Assembly: GCA_050084515.1 (NCBI GenBank)
Contig: CM114271.1
Span: 32,488,001 to 32,552,000, forward strand
DNA: 64,000 bases
Reading direction: 5' to 3'
From: Blasia pusilla
Taxonomy: Eukaryota
Part shown: in pieces, positions 27,550 through 42,800 of the stretch
Position numbering within the stretch: the first letter of the stretch is position 1
How the letters are laid out: each line of letters begins with the position of its first letter
Notes under the pieces: generated by a model
Database searches by the model: none
Told to the model about the DNA's origin: nothing
The model's input: only the letters and a program-made list of their open reading frames with translations
Made by a program: the position numbers and the translations under genes

Positions 27550-29294
27550 ACCGCTCAAGCACAAAACGCCGTTTGAGGTTTCGGAACCGACCAAAAATTC
27601 TGTCCCAAGTCTTTTGAGACTTTCCTGTTGTAAACCGCAAAACTAGGAAGGTTGAGCTTGATGAGAGGCCAAGTCGAGAACTCGGCAAGTTAGAACCATT
27701 GATTGATCCAGACCTGACTAACGTGAGTGCGTGTTTTGATGCAGATCAGTGTGTATGGCATCTCGACTAGTCATGCCTCAACTAAATCTTGCCTTGTGAT
27801 ATGGATTACGATCCTCTCTATATCATTATCCTTATGAGGTCGGTATAAGATTAGGATATCATTGGCCAACTTTATCCAAATCCTTGGACTTCTTGATGTA
27901 TTCAAATTTTGCATGCTCCCAATGGAAGTATCCATTATGACCATAGTAAGACTCTTCAATCTTGTTGCAATTGCACAATCCCTTAAGTATCAATGATACT
28001 TTACTTCTCACATGTAGCCAACTCAGACATCTCCACTCTTGAAACTCCTTGGTGATCAGGTTCAAACACCATGTCGACTAAAGTGTTGCCATCTCTTGGT
28101 GTACTTGCGTCACATCCCAAGAAGTTCATGGGGGTCTCTTTCAATCTCCTCTAACCTTTTCCTTGACCACTGCTTGTACCGCCTCTATAGGCAAGAGGAT
28201 CTCAAGTGACTAATAAGTAATATATATGGACTACATCCAACATTGCTCAACTATGTTTAGACTAAAAATCTATGTCTAAAATTCAAATTCATTGCATGAT
28301 CTAAAACGTAGCTTTTAATTTAAATTTATCGATGGAAGTGTTGTCATACTTGTGAGAAGTCCCATTACAAACTCTTGATAATCAATATTGGGATCCGATA
28401 ATTGTTGTGCATGATCATCTCAAATCAAGCTAAGCTAGTCTACCTTCCTTCTAAGCATGAGAGGCAAGAAAAATCACCAACGTGGGTAGCACTACATATG
28501 GCATGCCTATCTTGTCAACCTTTGTCAAGTAGGATGAATCATCATGTTGCATTTCTTATTATTATTTTCTAGGATCCATAATGGAATCCACCAACAATGA
28601 GGAGGATTGCTACACTCTCGTATATGCCATCCTCAATATCTCCTATACAGGGCTCGGATAGTTTTTTTTACTCATCAGTTTTTTACTAGGACTTAGTTCA
28701 TCCCCTCAATTTTCATGATATTCCTTTTTTCCATCCCCTAGGTTTTTTTACTGGTCTCAGTTATCAGCTGGATCCTTTGTAATAAATTGATCATTTGATT
28801 GGTTTTTTTTTGGTCGGCGAGTTTTTTCTGAACTTTAATGATGTTCTCCAGTTATTTTCTGGTTTTGTTTTGATCTCATTAGTTTTTCTTTGCATTTCAC
28901 GTTTTTCCTTCCGTCATGAGTTGATTCTTTTAATTAACTTGATTTTTTTTTACCTCTAGCAAGATTTGAACGTGAAAACCCCACCTAATGGACCTAGAGG
29001 TGCTAACAACCTTTTGTACAAAGCCAGGAAGTGACAATCTTTATATAAAAGATTAATTATAATAGAAATCCCAAAAACAATTTGTAAAATGAAAATTGAG
29101 TAGCAATCTAAATTTTGAGCAGTAAAGATTAAAAGAAGAGTTTAAGAGGCAAGATCATTCGATGATATATTCTGGTATGGTAAATTGTTACCTTTAGATG
29201 GCACGATCATATCATCTAAAGAAGAAGATAGGTATAACTTAAGGTTCGCATACAAGTACCTAAACTCTTTAGACCGCTTCCATACATCTATAGC

Positions 29295-31442
29295 TTATAC
29301 TAAAACATCATCACACTCACTTCTCTCAGAAGGACATTCCATGTTAACTCTCATTAGGACATCCAAATGGTTAGAACCCAAAACATTCCTTAGCCTTGTT
29401 TTAATCACATTTTGAATACTAAAAGCTCTTTCACAAGTAGCTCTACTTACACATTGCACTCTAGCTATGTTAGCTAATATAAGCAAATTAGTATATCTTG
29501 TATTCAAAGAAGGAGTGCAACAAATCATGGGCCATAATGTAACAAATCATGGGCCATAAAGAAGGAGTGCAACAAATCATGGGCCTTAAAGGACTTATCT
29601 TTCCATTATGTAGTGGCTTGGATCTTGAAAACCATAAACTCATTCTTGATGGTTACACCATCCAAAAACGGCTTCTTAAACCTTCCATGTGAAGGCTTTT
29701 CTTCTCCATAAACAATAGCCAAATTTTCCATCTCTTTCACACCCCAATCTTTCAAACCACGCATATGGGATGGCATATGAAGGGGATTGAGGATGTTCAT
29801 TGCTCCGACCAAACCATTGTCCTCAAATCTCTCTCACAATGCTACACATATTGCCTCAGCAAAATTCCTTTAGAAGAAAATTGCATCCTCCAAATTCTTA
29901 CTTGATATATCCCTCTCCATTTGGATGGAATGGAAGAAACACCCTCTAATTTCATATTGTAGACGCTTCAAATACTCATTCGTTGGTCCATAATTTGGAA
30001 TCAAATGGGATCCACTCCAGTTGGATATTAGTTGGGCATTCATGTCTACACTCTCATGAATGTAATTCATTTGGGCATGTGCTATCTCAATGCTAACAAT
30101 GGAAGCCACAGTAGTAACATCTACAAATTTCCTCTGAAGTAGTTTGCTCAGTGTGGCCAAAGAATGAAGAATGTCAGCCAAAAAGTAAAGAAAATAAATC
30201 ATTATAAATTATCTCAACTTTTGAAATGAAGAAGTTTATATTCCATCATCATCACCGGGATCAACACCTTGGAAGCACACTAAGACAAACTCCAAACTAT
30301 CACATAATGTTCTTATTGCATGCCACTTACTAAGCCACCTAATTTAGAGAATCATTCAACTCTACTTGAATCGATGTCAATGTAGACTTTCATTTAGAGC
30401 TCCTCTTAAAGTAAAGAGCGATTGAATTCAGCATAGTTCACCTCATTATACATTTCCTTACATATAGGACTTTTAGCTACAAAATGGGCAGCTAGATAAG
30501 TCCTATGTGCCACACAACGTACACTCGTCAAAAAAGGATTGACATTCCTCTTCAATCTAGCAAAAACCCTATTTCGTGACCCAATCATCGTATTGGCTCC
30601 ATTGGAGCCAAATCCTACTAAAAAATCAAAATCCATGTCCCATTCCCTTAAGAAAGATAGGATACAATTTGAAATGGATTTTGCATCCTTGTTCTCAACC
30701 CGAATCAATCCAAGAAAGGATGTGACTACCTGCCCCTCATTTATGTAAGTAGCAAAGGCTACAAGATGACGTGTTATAGAGATATCAGTACTCTCATCAA
30801 CATAAGTCCATAAAACGTGCTAAGCCTTGCTCTGTTTAAGACTCTTTTTCGCTCAACTTGACTTATGCATGTTATCATTGATGCACAAGCTTTGTCGTCT
30901 TCATACATGGTCTTAATTATACTCGTAGAAACAACCTTGAGTAGCTCACAAAGACTTGCAAAACATGAGAATGCTCTATTATGCTTAGCAACCAAGAAAG
31001 CAGCTCGGAGGAGGGTTAACAGGGCTTCATCACATGCCCTATTGGATGAGGCTATGGCTTTTCCAAGTCTTTTCTTCCCACAGTGGTAAGCCCTGGCTAA
31101 TTGGGCATGTTCCTTGGATTTCCCATGATCTGTGAAAGTTGAGACTTTCATATCTAGGGCTCCATGAGTGGCAAAAGTTGATCTTCCTTTACTATCTCTA
31201 CATATCTTACAAAATACTCGTCGAGAATGGAACTCAAATTCTGTCCATTCAAAGGCAGAATACCATGCATCTCTCCAAAACTTTCTATTTTCTTCAATCT
31301 TAGATTGAAGAGGTTCGATTGAATCGATTTCATCATGTTTGGAATCATCCACATCTCCTACAAGCTCGTTAGCTCGTTCCAATTTTTTGTTAAACCCTAA
31401 TTTTGTGAGTAACTTATGTCTCTTACTAGAATGACTCTCCAT
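29295..31442 (-). pseudogene. Degenerate hAT-superfamily transposase (ZNF862/DUF4371-like)
   Basis: N-terminal zinc-finger-like W...FEW...VFCKIC...H...EH, core GFGSNGANTMIG (D-G-A motif decayed) and CVAHRT, and a C-terminal dimerisation motif SRATCERAFSIQNVIKTRLRNVL. Multiple stops and frameshifts. A probable terminus CAGGGCTCGGATAG lies at 28648; the other end is unresolved. Confidence 0.85.
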
Positions 31443-32126
31443 TGGAGATTCTAAACTGGTTAATTAGGTCTTTACATTGTCTCTTACAAGCTCACAACCT
31501 CTTCAAGTTCAAATAGGCTACAAGAGTCAAGGAAAGAGTTTACAGGGCAACAATCAAGTGACTGCTTGCCACTCATAAGTCTCGCTTGGGCACCTCTTAA
31601 TGTAAAATTCAAGTAGAGGCTAAATCCAAAAGACCGTAGAGTCTAAAAAGTATGCTAGGTTATTGACTAACATTGAGAGAATGATAATGCAACTCAATGA
31701 AAGGGAGCGGAGGTTTAGAGGAGACTCAATGCAACAAATCTACAAGGGAGAAGGGAAAGGGTAGTAAAGTTCTCACAACGACGTATCAACAACAATATCA
31801 TCAACCTTGCAAGGGAGAAACAAGGATTAAGATTGCAAGGGAGGGCCAGCTCCGCCTACTAGTCAAATTTGAAAGACTGCCAAGTTTTCCTACTCGCAAC
31901 TACAAAGATTTGAAACTTGAAGCCTTCTAATCGAGTCTTATATCTAAGACCAAAAAAAAAAAGACAAGAGAGAGTCAAGAACTTGGGCAGAACCTTAGCT
32001 TCTTCCACTGCTTCGCAACATCATGAACACGAAGAGAGACAACCTGATCGCACAAAAGTGCAAAAAGAGAGAGTATGAGAGGGTTAGGTGCCGCATGGGC
32101 CCCGCATACACGAACCAAAATTTGAG

Positions 32127-32265
32127 AAAGATCGGGGCACGAAGAAGCCTGAGTGAAGAACCAAGACTTTGAGAGTCCGAAAAAGATTGGCCCACAGAGA
32201 AGCCTGAGTGAAGAACCAAGACTCTGAGAGTCCGAAAAAGATTGGGGCACGGAGAAGCCTGAGTT
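32127..32265. repeat. ~55 bp tandem repeat (about 2.5 units), probably subterminal to the hAT element
   Basis: agaagcctgagtgaagaaccaagact.tgagagtccgaaaaagattgg is repeated. Confidence 0.85.
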
Positions 32266-35200
32266 GAGGACAATAAGACTCGGATAGTGACCAAGGTAGG
32301 AAGTGAGGCTCCTTTGGTGGTTGAGGGAGACTACCCAAACCCAAAGCTTCAGCCCATGTCCTTACCCCATCGGCCCACCCCAAACCAAACCCTAGAGCTG
32401 CTAGGCCTGTAATACGCCCCACTTCCCCTCTCGAACTCCAATGGCCCATATTGGTCTTCGTGGGGCCTATAGGGCCCTACACCCGCCCAACACCTTGCGG
32501 GCTCCCAACCTCTTCCGTGATTTAGCCGACACCTCCATGTTACTGGAAATTTCTTGCCGTTTTCCATTCTTCCTATCGGAATATTAACCAATACTTTTAC
32601 GCTCAGTGTAGCTTTTTCCCTAGCACTATGTACTCTAGACGGCTCATTTCCAGTTTAGATAGTTTCGGCTTTGGCTTCCTCCCCGACATTATTATCAATC
32701 TCTCACAACCGACGACCTTGACACGAAACGCCGGTTCTGTCTGAACCTTGCTCCTATGGCAACAAGTTTGTCCATCTTAGGCATTGGTGATATGCCAGCA
32801 AACCCATACTCATTACATCTAAAAGTACTATAGGTCTTATCCATAGGTGAATTTGGTGCACACTTGTCAACACTCATGCTCAAGAGTCAACCAAAGTGGC
32901 ATGTTCTCTAGAATGTATGCTAGTAAATGAGACTAATACTCCTACTACAAATGTCAGAAGATCTATGTCATCTCCCAAAATAATATGTATCCTAGGTCTC
33001 CCAAGCCATCCCCTTGTCAATCACTAAAAAAACCCTAATAAGGTCAACCCATAATCACTAATGCAATTAACATTGAATATACCCATCTACTCAAAATTTA
33101 TCCTCGGGTAAGGAACTTTGGTAAATCTGCATTGATGTCAGTAGTAAGATATGTGGAAATTTTAGCTTCGACTAAGCTACATGTTATAGTGAGACTTGCC
33201 TTGCAATCTTGTCTTACTCCACATATATGTATTGGTGCATGCAAAGACATGCTTACAACATGAAATCCAACCCAATGTTAATCCCTCCAAAGAGATCGAG
33301 CACTCTCACACCCTCCTCTAGAAATCTATGCACAATCGGCTAGATATCCTAGGGTTAAAATGTTGTCCTTTGTCCTACCTTGGGTTCTCTAACCCCTACT
33401 TACATGGTGAAAAGGCCTTACTCCAAGTCATTTGCGTGTGCTCATTAGGACTCCATTGAAACTCCTCAATCAAACTCTGTTAAGGCATCTCTCCTTCACA
33501 AAAAGATTCAGCTCCCACAATAATCCTCTTGTAGGGATATTCACATATCCCATACATGAACATGGCCCTTAAACAAATCTTGTAACTACGTGATGGCATT
33601 GTTAAAGATTAATAATGTTGCAATCTCTTACTAACATCACTTTGACACACCACCAAACAATTATATTGCCAATAAAACACCCATCAAATATTGAATTACT
33701 ATCTTGGCCTCTATGAAGTTGTGTCCTCGTAGGAAAATGAGGATAAACTCCATCATGTATAACACTGGTACACCAACCAAGATGTTATGTGACTTGGTGT
33801 AGGTCAATTTCACCTTGGCTTACACCATTGACTTATCTGTCATATGTTTTGGTCTAAGCCTCATTGTTATAATCTCTTGTCGGGTGATAAAATACATGAT
33901 ACATGCCCTACGTATCCAATGACATATAAATGCAAAATGGGAATTGCTCAAATTGACTTGTGTTAGACCCCCCAAAAAATTTAAATTTACTTTTCCTAAC
34001 ATCAAGATATATATTCCTAAATCTAGCAAGATATGATATGGAAAATAAACTTGACATGGTCAACTACCCAAATGGAAGAAACCACCTTGATTTCCAAAAA
34101 TACCATTCCAAGTGCAACCATGACGTGCTCTATGGTAGGTGTAGCTGATAGCTCCCCCATTTTAGGTGCCATGACCTAAGGGTACACGTCCCAATCATAG
34201 GCTCCAAGGGTAGGTATACCACCTCTTCCATTGTGACTCCCTCTAATTTTGAGGCTAAAATACCATCTCCATCCCTACGTAGCATAACAGCTAATCGGTA
34301 AACCTTGACATGTGTTCCTCCTAACATTATAACATCAGAGGAAAAAACCCACAAAGATATTATATGGCTATGACCTCCCCGTAATGTACTTATTGCATAT
34401 TCCTTTTGAGCATCAATAATATGTGTCAAAGTACTTGTCTCCCCTTATCACTTGTCATATCTATACTCTCACCACCAATATCAAACTTGTGGATAGTTTG
34501 ATTGGGACCCATAGATAGGGTCTTCAACACCTCAAACAATGTAAATGATTTAGGGAGCCTTATTTGTTGTCTATGACATTTCCCCCATGTGGATCTAGCT
34601 CCTTTTGTGATCCTTGGTTTACCATGGCAGCCCCACACATCCATCCAAGATCATCTATATTTACACTTGCTCCATGTGACATAGATACCACTAATTTAAT
34701 ATCAAGAAATCTTAATGCCATTTTCGTCATCTCCTTCTACAACATCTCTATCTTAGCAATCATCCAAGATTATGACCGTGGTCTCCCTTCACATGGCTAG
34801 GTGATATGCCTCAATCTTCTCCGTGGACATATCCACCACCTCAACCGCCTACTAGACCACCTACTCAATGGCCTTTGGTTCCACCTAAAACTCAAACTCT
34901 CATTGATACTCTCTCATTTTTTAATTTGGACATAGCTTGGGATGTAAGCTAAAGCACAACTCTCTGCAATCTGGAAAAAAACGCTTGACCTAATCACAAT
35001 AAAACAGTCTTGTAGGGATTCCATCATATAGAAGAGGTTGTATCACATGTCCAACACCCTAATATATGTAATCCTTTTGATGGTAGGCCTCATCAAATGA
35101 TCAAAAAATTCAATATTGGATTTTCTAATCTACATATGACGGCATGATTCTTGGGTACAAAAGCTTATGATAACCACACTACACTCTAGGTTTATGCTCC

Positions 35201-36806
35201 TCTCTCGAGATGCACACTATTGCACTTTTTGTGTATTCACCCCTTGCAAAAATTCCCTAAAATAACTCAAAGCTTCTACACTCTCCCCCCCATTATGTGT
35301 TGCAATGAATTGACTCAAAGGCCTCCCTCAATGTAAGTACGATTCAATGGAGGAGTGTTGCATCTTTCACCTATCACTATACATCACACTCTCATATCCC
35401 ATAATATGGTGGAACGACATGGGCTTCCATCATTCCCTTACTAACGCTAATCAATTAGCACATGCGTTTTAGCGCTTCATGATTTTTATATGGAAGTTTT
35501 AATGCTATGTAATTTCTCATTTTGTATCCTCTAATAATTCTCTTGTAACTCAACAAAGTACTTGAGCATGAGACCCAACCTTGGGCAAATCTAACTAGGT
35601 GACAACTGTGCCCTTAAGCGATTCATCTCTCCATAGATATCACTTATATTGGAGGAGGTAACCTCTTGTAGATCCTCCTCGTCATATGCAAGTAGCTTAG
35701 TCCATAACGCATAATAGGGATAATAGTACAACTCGTAGGCCTCCATCTCTTTTTTGTATTAAGTTATGCTCTTTCTTGGAAGGCAAATTTCATTTCCAAT
35801 GACCATATAGTCAATACCAAAATTTGAGATATATGTTGTAAGTGGATCTATCAATCCACATATTTACATCCAAAATTTTATATAATTACAACACATAATG
35901 AAGAGAACAATCACAACAACTTTGGTAGCCTAAAAAATGGCGGAGAGTGTGTATTAGTAAAGGACTTAATAAATTTGCCTTAATTTTCATTATGGATTTG
36001 GATTTTAAAGATCTAATCCAACACTGGTAAAAATACCACGAAGTTAGTTTGTTGAGGTGTATCTGCAAAAAGGATTGCAAAGGGACATTAAGGTGTCTAT
36101 TAGGGAATTGCATATTTAAACTGATAAATCTTCAAATTTTAACAAGGTTGAGATTTTATCGTGATTCTCCAATCAGCAGTACCACATTTCTCATTATATA
36201 TGCGCCCAAAAGTATAGGAATTGTTAATGTATAGTAAATATAGTAAGTCGATTCCTTTACATATACATTAAAACTATTTCTTTTGGAGATTGTGTGGTTT
36301 CTTCTTAGACTCATAATCTCCATCTTGTCTAAAATTTATATGAATGTGGATGAAAATATTTGTAATTATATTGCAATTTTTGAATTTAAATCATCCATTC
36401 ACCATTGAAATACATAATAAACTAAGCTATTCATCGAAGACTTTGCGATATATGTTTCAAATAATAGAGAATGGAGAAAGTGGGAGTAGTGAAGAATATA
36501 TGAGACAAGAGAGGCAAATAGAGGAAAAACGGAACTTACCTTGAAGAGTAGGAGGAGTGAGACTAAATAATAAGAAAATAAAAAATGGGAGAAGATATGT
36601 TTGACCAACCAATTTTAGCATGGAATCTCGTTGTAAGGAGGGAGATTGGGAAAAATAAGAGAAAATATGAAATTCCATGGGTAGGTGTGCAAGTTTGAGA
36701 GGGATGAAGTAACATGTGTATAATTAGAGCATGGGATATCATTGTTTTGATCGAATGATGATTTGGATATGCACTAGGATTCACTAAATATTATGACTAT
36801 CCTCAT

Positions 36807-39800
36807 CTATCCTTGAGTGACAAATATAAATATTTTCCATAGCTTCCTAAAAAAGGTGGGAGGTGAGGATGGGATATTGTATTTGGTTGAATTTTGCTTG
36901 AGGCTACTTATTTTATCCTTCATTGGTGAGTTGATAGACGTGTTTGGTTGCTTAAAAAATGATCTAGATGACATCCGTGACATTTGATTCTTGCTTGATT
37001 GGGGGACATGGCCAAATCTTGCATCAAAGGATGATTGAAATGTATCATTAGGGATTGAAATGGACATGTTGAGGAAAACACTTTTCAAGGTTGTAGTTTT
37101 TCGTCTTTTCCTTGAAATCTCCATATTCGCCATTCTCCTCCTTTCCTTCTCCAACATTTTTTGAGTTATTTGGGACTCCTCAAATTCTCTTTCCCCATCT
37201 TCTCTCACTTCTTGGAAAAATCCCACTTCGTGAAGGCCTTGAAGAATTACCTATCCATCCAATAGAGCAAAGTACAACCAACAAATAGTTTTTGAAGTAG
37301 ATCTTACAAACTAATTTAGAGCTTCTTTTGTTTAGTCCACAGTGCATATACAATCTTGAGCTCTATAAATATTAAATACTAGTTTTTTCCTCCTTAGGAC
37401 CTTAAGTTATATTTTGAAAGGGGTTGAGGAAACTCATTTCAAAGCTCAAAAGATATGATAACTACTTTTTCTCGTCTAACTTTAAAATTTGAGAAATTAC
37501 ATACTTTTTTACAGTTTTGTATTTGCAAATTCTTGGAGAATATTACCTGAGGCATGTGGTTACGCACAAGAATACTTTTTCTAATGAGTTTGTTGACTAG
37601 AGTCTTATTTGTCCATACCAAATGTTTGATAAACCTGACATCACAAGTTATGCGTACATCCATAAAAATATGCCAAAAGTAGAGCCTCTATCCTTCAAAT
37701 GCATGAAGCTCTACATGCATCTTGGGATCTTAAGGTGTTCATGTGAGCTTACCAATTGGATAATTGTTTGTGAGGTAATGTTTTAGCTGCGATATATGCC
37801 TGGAAAAAAAATGAAGACTTTATCATATTCAATATAAAGTTCATTTGTCAATCAAGGGTTTCCTTGAAGCAAAAGCTCAAGATTTCTTGCAAACTTGAAG
37901 TTGGAATTTCTATTTTAGAGTTACTTTATTGGATTGGTTTCACAATGAACATATGAAAGGTACACTGGGAACTTACAGTGCTATCAAAATAATTTGTGAA
38001 GCATCTCTTTGCAAGCTTTGGTATAGGTTGACACTTGTCACATATGGTAGAGAGGGCTAGTAAGTCAGAGAACTTCGTGTAGATGTAGTGCAAAACCACA
38101 CCCTCGCCCAATGTACCATCTCTACAAGGAGTGTACAAAATATAAGTATATATTGTCACTCAATGCATGAGTATATTATAGACACACATAAGACTATTTT
38201 TAGAGTGATGGTATGCACCTCAAAATCTTATGTATGTTGCTCCAACGATGTGGACCATTGGGATGTAAACCAGGTTGAATGCGTGCTGCAACTCTACCAT
38301 CACCATGTCCGAGGAAGTATCTAGAATTCTTGTGGGCCACTTCTAGGAAAGCCTCCTCATAATCTTGCTTTGACATGTGAATGGGAGATCGTTTAAAGAG
38401 GGTAACCTATAAATGGAGAAATAATATACACAACCAATAAGTAATAAAGAATCAATCTACACTTGCTAAAAAATGAACAATAAACAATTCTTTCCGATTG
38501 GGAGCGTTATTGAGAATACCTCTGTAAATGGGTCTTGGATATTGTCTCTTTCTGGGATACTCTCCTATGGTCAAAGCAATTCTTAATTTTAGTAATTGGT
38601 GCTTTTATCTAAAAAGCATACTCAAAATATGTGTGATTATGAAATCAATACAACTACTTGAAATCATGGATGGAAAAAACATATTTTACTACACCAAGAG
38701 TATAGATTTTAATTTTCTACCTATTTAGAAAGTTTTCTTATTCGTGTTGAATGTTTTTTTTTTTAAATTCACCTTTTCTAACGTACCTAAGAATATGAAT
38801 GAAACCTTTGATCCTCTACCTAGTCTCACATTCTCAAGGAGTATGAAATACAAAGGGTCGTCAATTAATTTATGATTTTCTCTAGTATATAATATTCAAT
38901 GTGTAGGATATAAATTATTGACAAATGTATAGTCTAGAACTGAAAAGATCATGTTAGGATAAAAAATGAATGACATGGAGTAAGATGTTTAAAGACCACA
39001 AGGATTATTTGGGCTCAACATGAGAGGAAAGCTAAAAATCCAAAATCACAACTCGAAACATGAATTAATATTTGGTTGTAAAAATAACAATAGACACTTA
39101 GAGAAAAAAATTATAATTATGCATACATACATAGTGGGGGAATACAATTATGTCAATTGATTCATCCACCCCTTGTAATGTGGAGATAAGTGATTTTGCT
39201 CCACCAGAATGAAGCAACTCATCAACATCTAGATGCAAGATCCACTTCATTCCTGCGTGCTAACCCATGTTCAAAGGTTATTTTTTTTGGCCTATATTCA
39301 TCTTGAGGTATTCTGTGATATGCTTCAAACACTATCTCCTATGCCTACTCTAGTTAGTAGTATAATGTATCAAGGGTGTAAGAGTTACAATAAGCATGAT
39401 ATTTTTTTCGAATCCTTTTAGTCATTAACCTTTTTGATTTTCAAGTTTTTTTTCTCAAGTTTCATAGGATTCCAAGATCTTTCGCAAAAATGGAATGCAA
39501 GACTATTGTAGTAGGCAAGTAGGATGCTATATGCACATATGCTAGACTAATTTCAAGTTACAATCTCAAGCGATGTCTAATTAAGGCCATGATTTATAAG
39601 TATATTCATTTAGGCCTAAACCGAAGAAATTAGAGCTTGAGATGAATCTCATTAAGATTTATAATATCTCATAATAAATCTCATTAAGATTTATAATTTA
39701 TGGAATTTTTGTCCCTCTCCTAGTTTTCTAGGCTTATCAAGTCCTCCGAGTTGTAGTTATACTTGTGTTCATTAGAATACACTTCTTCTTTCTTTGAAGG

Positions 39801-42800
39801 CTTAACATACCTTAGCCATGGATGTCGCTACTTCTAAATTCAATGTTTGCCTTACATAAAGTTGATAATTGCAAGGCTTGTATTGGTAGTCTAGGAACCA
39901 TGTTCCCCTCCATAGTTGACTGTTGTATCCACGAGTGCAAAAGACTGACGTAAAGAACTAGAATGTTTTTAATTCAAACAAGAAGACTAATTAAAACTTT
40001 AAAATGTGAACCAAAAAACCTGAAAATATCATTGGATTGCATGATTTATGGATAGATAAAAAAAAATACACATTAAAATGGTTAATTTCCTAAGAGGGGA
40101 GAAAAAGATAATTATATGAAGCTTAATTTCAAAATAAGATACTTGTAATATACAATTTGTATTATTTAAAATATATCACATGACACATGAGATATTTAAG
40201 GCGGATGAACCTTTGTAGTTGTTTCCCTCGAAGCTTCCTTGTTGGGGAGATAACCTTCACTCCCTGGATACAAAACTTTGCTTTAGTGCACATGCACTAC
40301 GTGAACTCTACAATAACCATCGATGATCTAATGTTCATATGCTAAGATTTCATAACACACAAGGGTTACATCATATAATATGTGCCCAAACTCTATTGGT
40401 GGTAGTCTATCATTATCACGAGAAGAAATTGAGGCTTCATACTCCCTAAAAAAGATAATATCCAAAATAAGTCAAAACATACCAAAAACATTCTTTTAAA
40501 GCAAGGGAGGTCTAGTTGATGAAGACATCCACAAGTGAATTGAGTTTATTATCCACAATGTACTTCTAGATATTAACGCAAAATCTTCATATTTTTTAAG
40601 ACAAGGAAGAGAACTAATTGCTATTTTAAAGGGGACAATTATTTTTAAAGTGTTTGCCTACATCTATTCGGCATTGAAATTTTAGATGATTGCATGTGAG
40701 ATGTTCATATCAAGAAGACATATGAAGGTGGAAATTAGACCTTACATCAATTGTGAAATGACATTATGTGTTATTCTACCTAGCATCTAACCCATATTAG
40801 AATATGGCATAATGTGTGGGATGAACTAACACCAAACAAAGGGATGGGTTTGAAGCCATATACATAAAATTATTGTGTGGTACGTTATCAAATTCCTCAC
40901 AAACCACCAAGATTAGAATCAAATCAAAATTTGGAAAATGTCTATGACTAGAGGTCTAGAACAAATACTATTTAATGAAAACAAACTCTCTTTGGCTCAT
41001 CATGCTTAATGAGTAATCTACATATGGTACTGATTTATCGCTTCTAATAAGTGTTAGGAAATATTAGGTGGATATCGAGACAATACTTAGTTTTCTTCCT
41101 TGTCTATTCACTATGCTATATCATAAATATAATTGAAAAGCCAAGTTATGCACATGTTATTGGAGCAATAATTGGGATTTTTTTAATAAAAATTAAAAGA
41201 AAAATGTTGTTTTCTTATACTTCCATTTAAGATTTTTATTTTGTGAGATATAATGGGAAACATGTCTAGACATGAATAGGTGATGCATAATGAGGCAATA
41301 AGATATCAATAATGTATCCTTTTTTAATATGTATTATCAAACCCACATGAAACTTCACACAAGAGGAAAATTTTCATTTTGTTTCAAAAGAATGTGAATT
41401 TTTTGAAATTTCTGAGAATATTTTAAATTGCAAGAATAGCAAGGTATGCATGTTTCAATAGTATATAGACTAGTGCAGTGCTGCCCATGCTATACACCCA
41501 ACAACAACATGGGCGCCATCACTCTTGAGTGGAACAAGATAAAGCCTTTAGAGACACATAGCTAGCCCCTCCACTTCTACAACCTTCTTGACATCTCTTC
41601 CTTTTTTTAATGTCCCTCTCATGACTAAGTGCCTTCCGTCCTCCATCCCCTCTCTATGTGATCCTTTCATGTTGGCACATAGATTTTCTTCTAGCATGGT
41701 CGATTTCTTTCCGAAAACCAACAAGCCTTATCGGCAATTTCAAAAAATTTATCATTTTGACAAAGAAATCATATTTCCGGCTTTGAGTTTTTCCAAAATA
41801 TTTCTAAAAAATTGGAAATTCCTAATTTTCTCCTACGCATTACGAAGAATGTCCGTTTGAGGCACACATAGATCTCCTCCCCCTTTGTGTAGGATGGACC
41901 CCATATGCCCTTCTTTTATTTATGTAATGTATTTCTTCTTGTGTGACACCCTCTATCCTCGCCCTCATAGAATCATTTCCTGCTATTCCCTTCCCCTTTC
42001 CTCCCCTATGAAAAGCATCATTTTCTTATAAAGAGTTTGTAACCATGCATTTCCACAGTGTTTCTTGTTAAAGTTTCATCATCAAATGGACAATCTAAAG
42101 AAGAAATGATGGACAAATGTCCTCCTCCCTTCAATCGTAAAAAAGTTATACAAGTGATTTCATTTTGACCATGACCATTCAACTGCCACTTGGAAGAAGG
42201 AGCAAGAATTCACCACGAGGGGTTTCATGGGTCCAAGAGATAGAAACTAGTAGGTATGCGTGTACCTACTATTACTAACAAAGGGGAAATTTGAATCAAC
42301 ATCATTACCCCCCTCTACACCCTTCCCCCATATCCCTAACCAACCCCAAAATCTAACCGTATTGATTTCAAATTGACTCCTAATTTGACCGCCCTCATCA
42401 CCCACTCTAAATTATAAAAAAAACACCTATCAATAGTCAATACCCAAAAGATTCAAAAAGTCAATGGGTACATAATAGGATCACCATATAATAATAATAT
42501 GAATGAAAACAATTTTGCAATAATACAAATGAAAGGTTTTTTATTAATTAGCGGACACAGGAATGGAAGAAACATTTTTCTTATATGATAGATATTCTTT
42601 TATGCCCCGTTATCACATATTTAGGATGTTAGGAAAAGATGTTTGCAAATAAAAAACACTCTCCGATAATATGATGATGATATAGATAGATGTTAGGAAA
42701 AGGTGTTTGCAAATAAAAAACACTCTCCAATACAGATGGTCTTCCTTGTAGGGTGGAGTAGAAAACACTCACAGGTATGTTTCGGAGAATGGCGCAGGTG

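Noticed and set aside
27771-28200. Possible Copia RT remnant on the minus strand
   Set aside because: Only vague resemblance; no diagnostic motif is readable.
32127-32265. Short repeats superficially like a CRISPR array
   Set aside because: Eukaryotic context, contiguous tandem units without unique spacers, and no cas genes.
32900-35400. Possibly decayed retroelement coding sequence
   Set aside because: Probably transposon-derived, but no motif could be identified with confidence.
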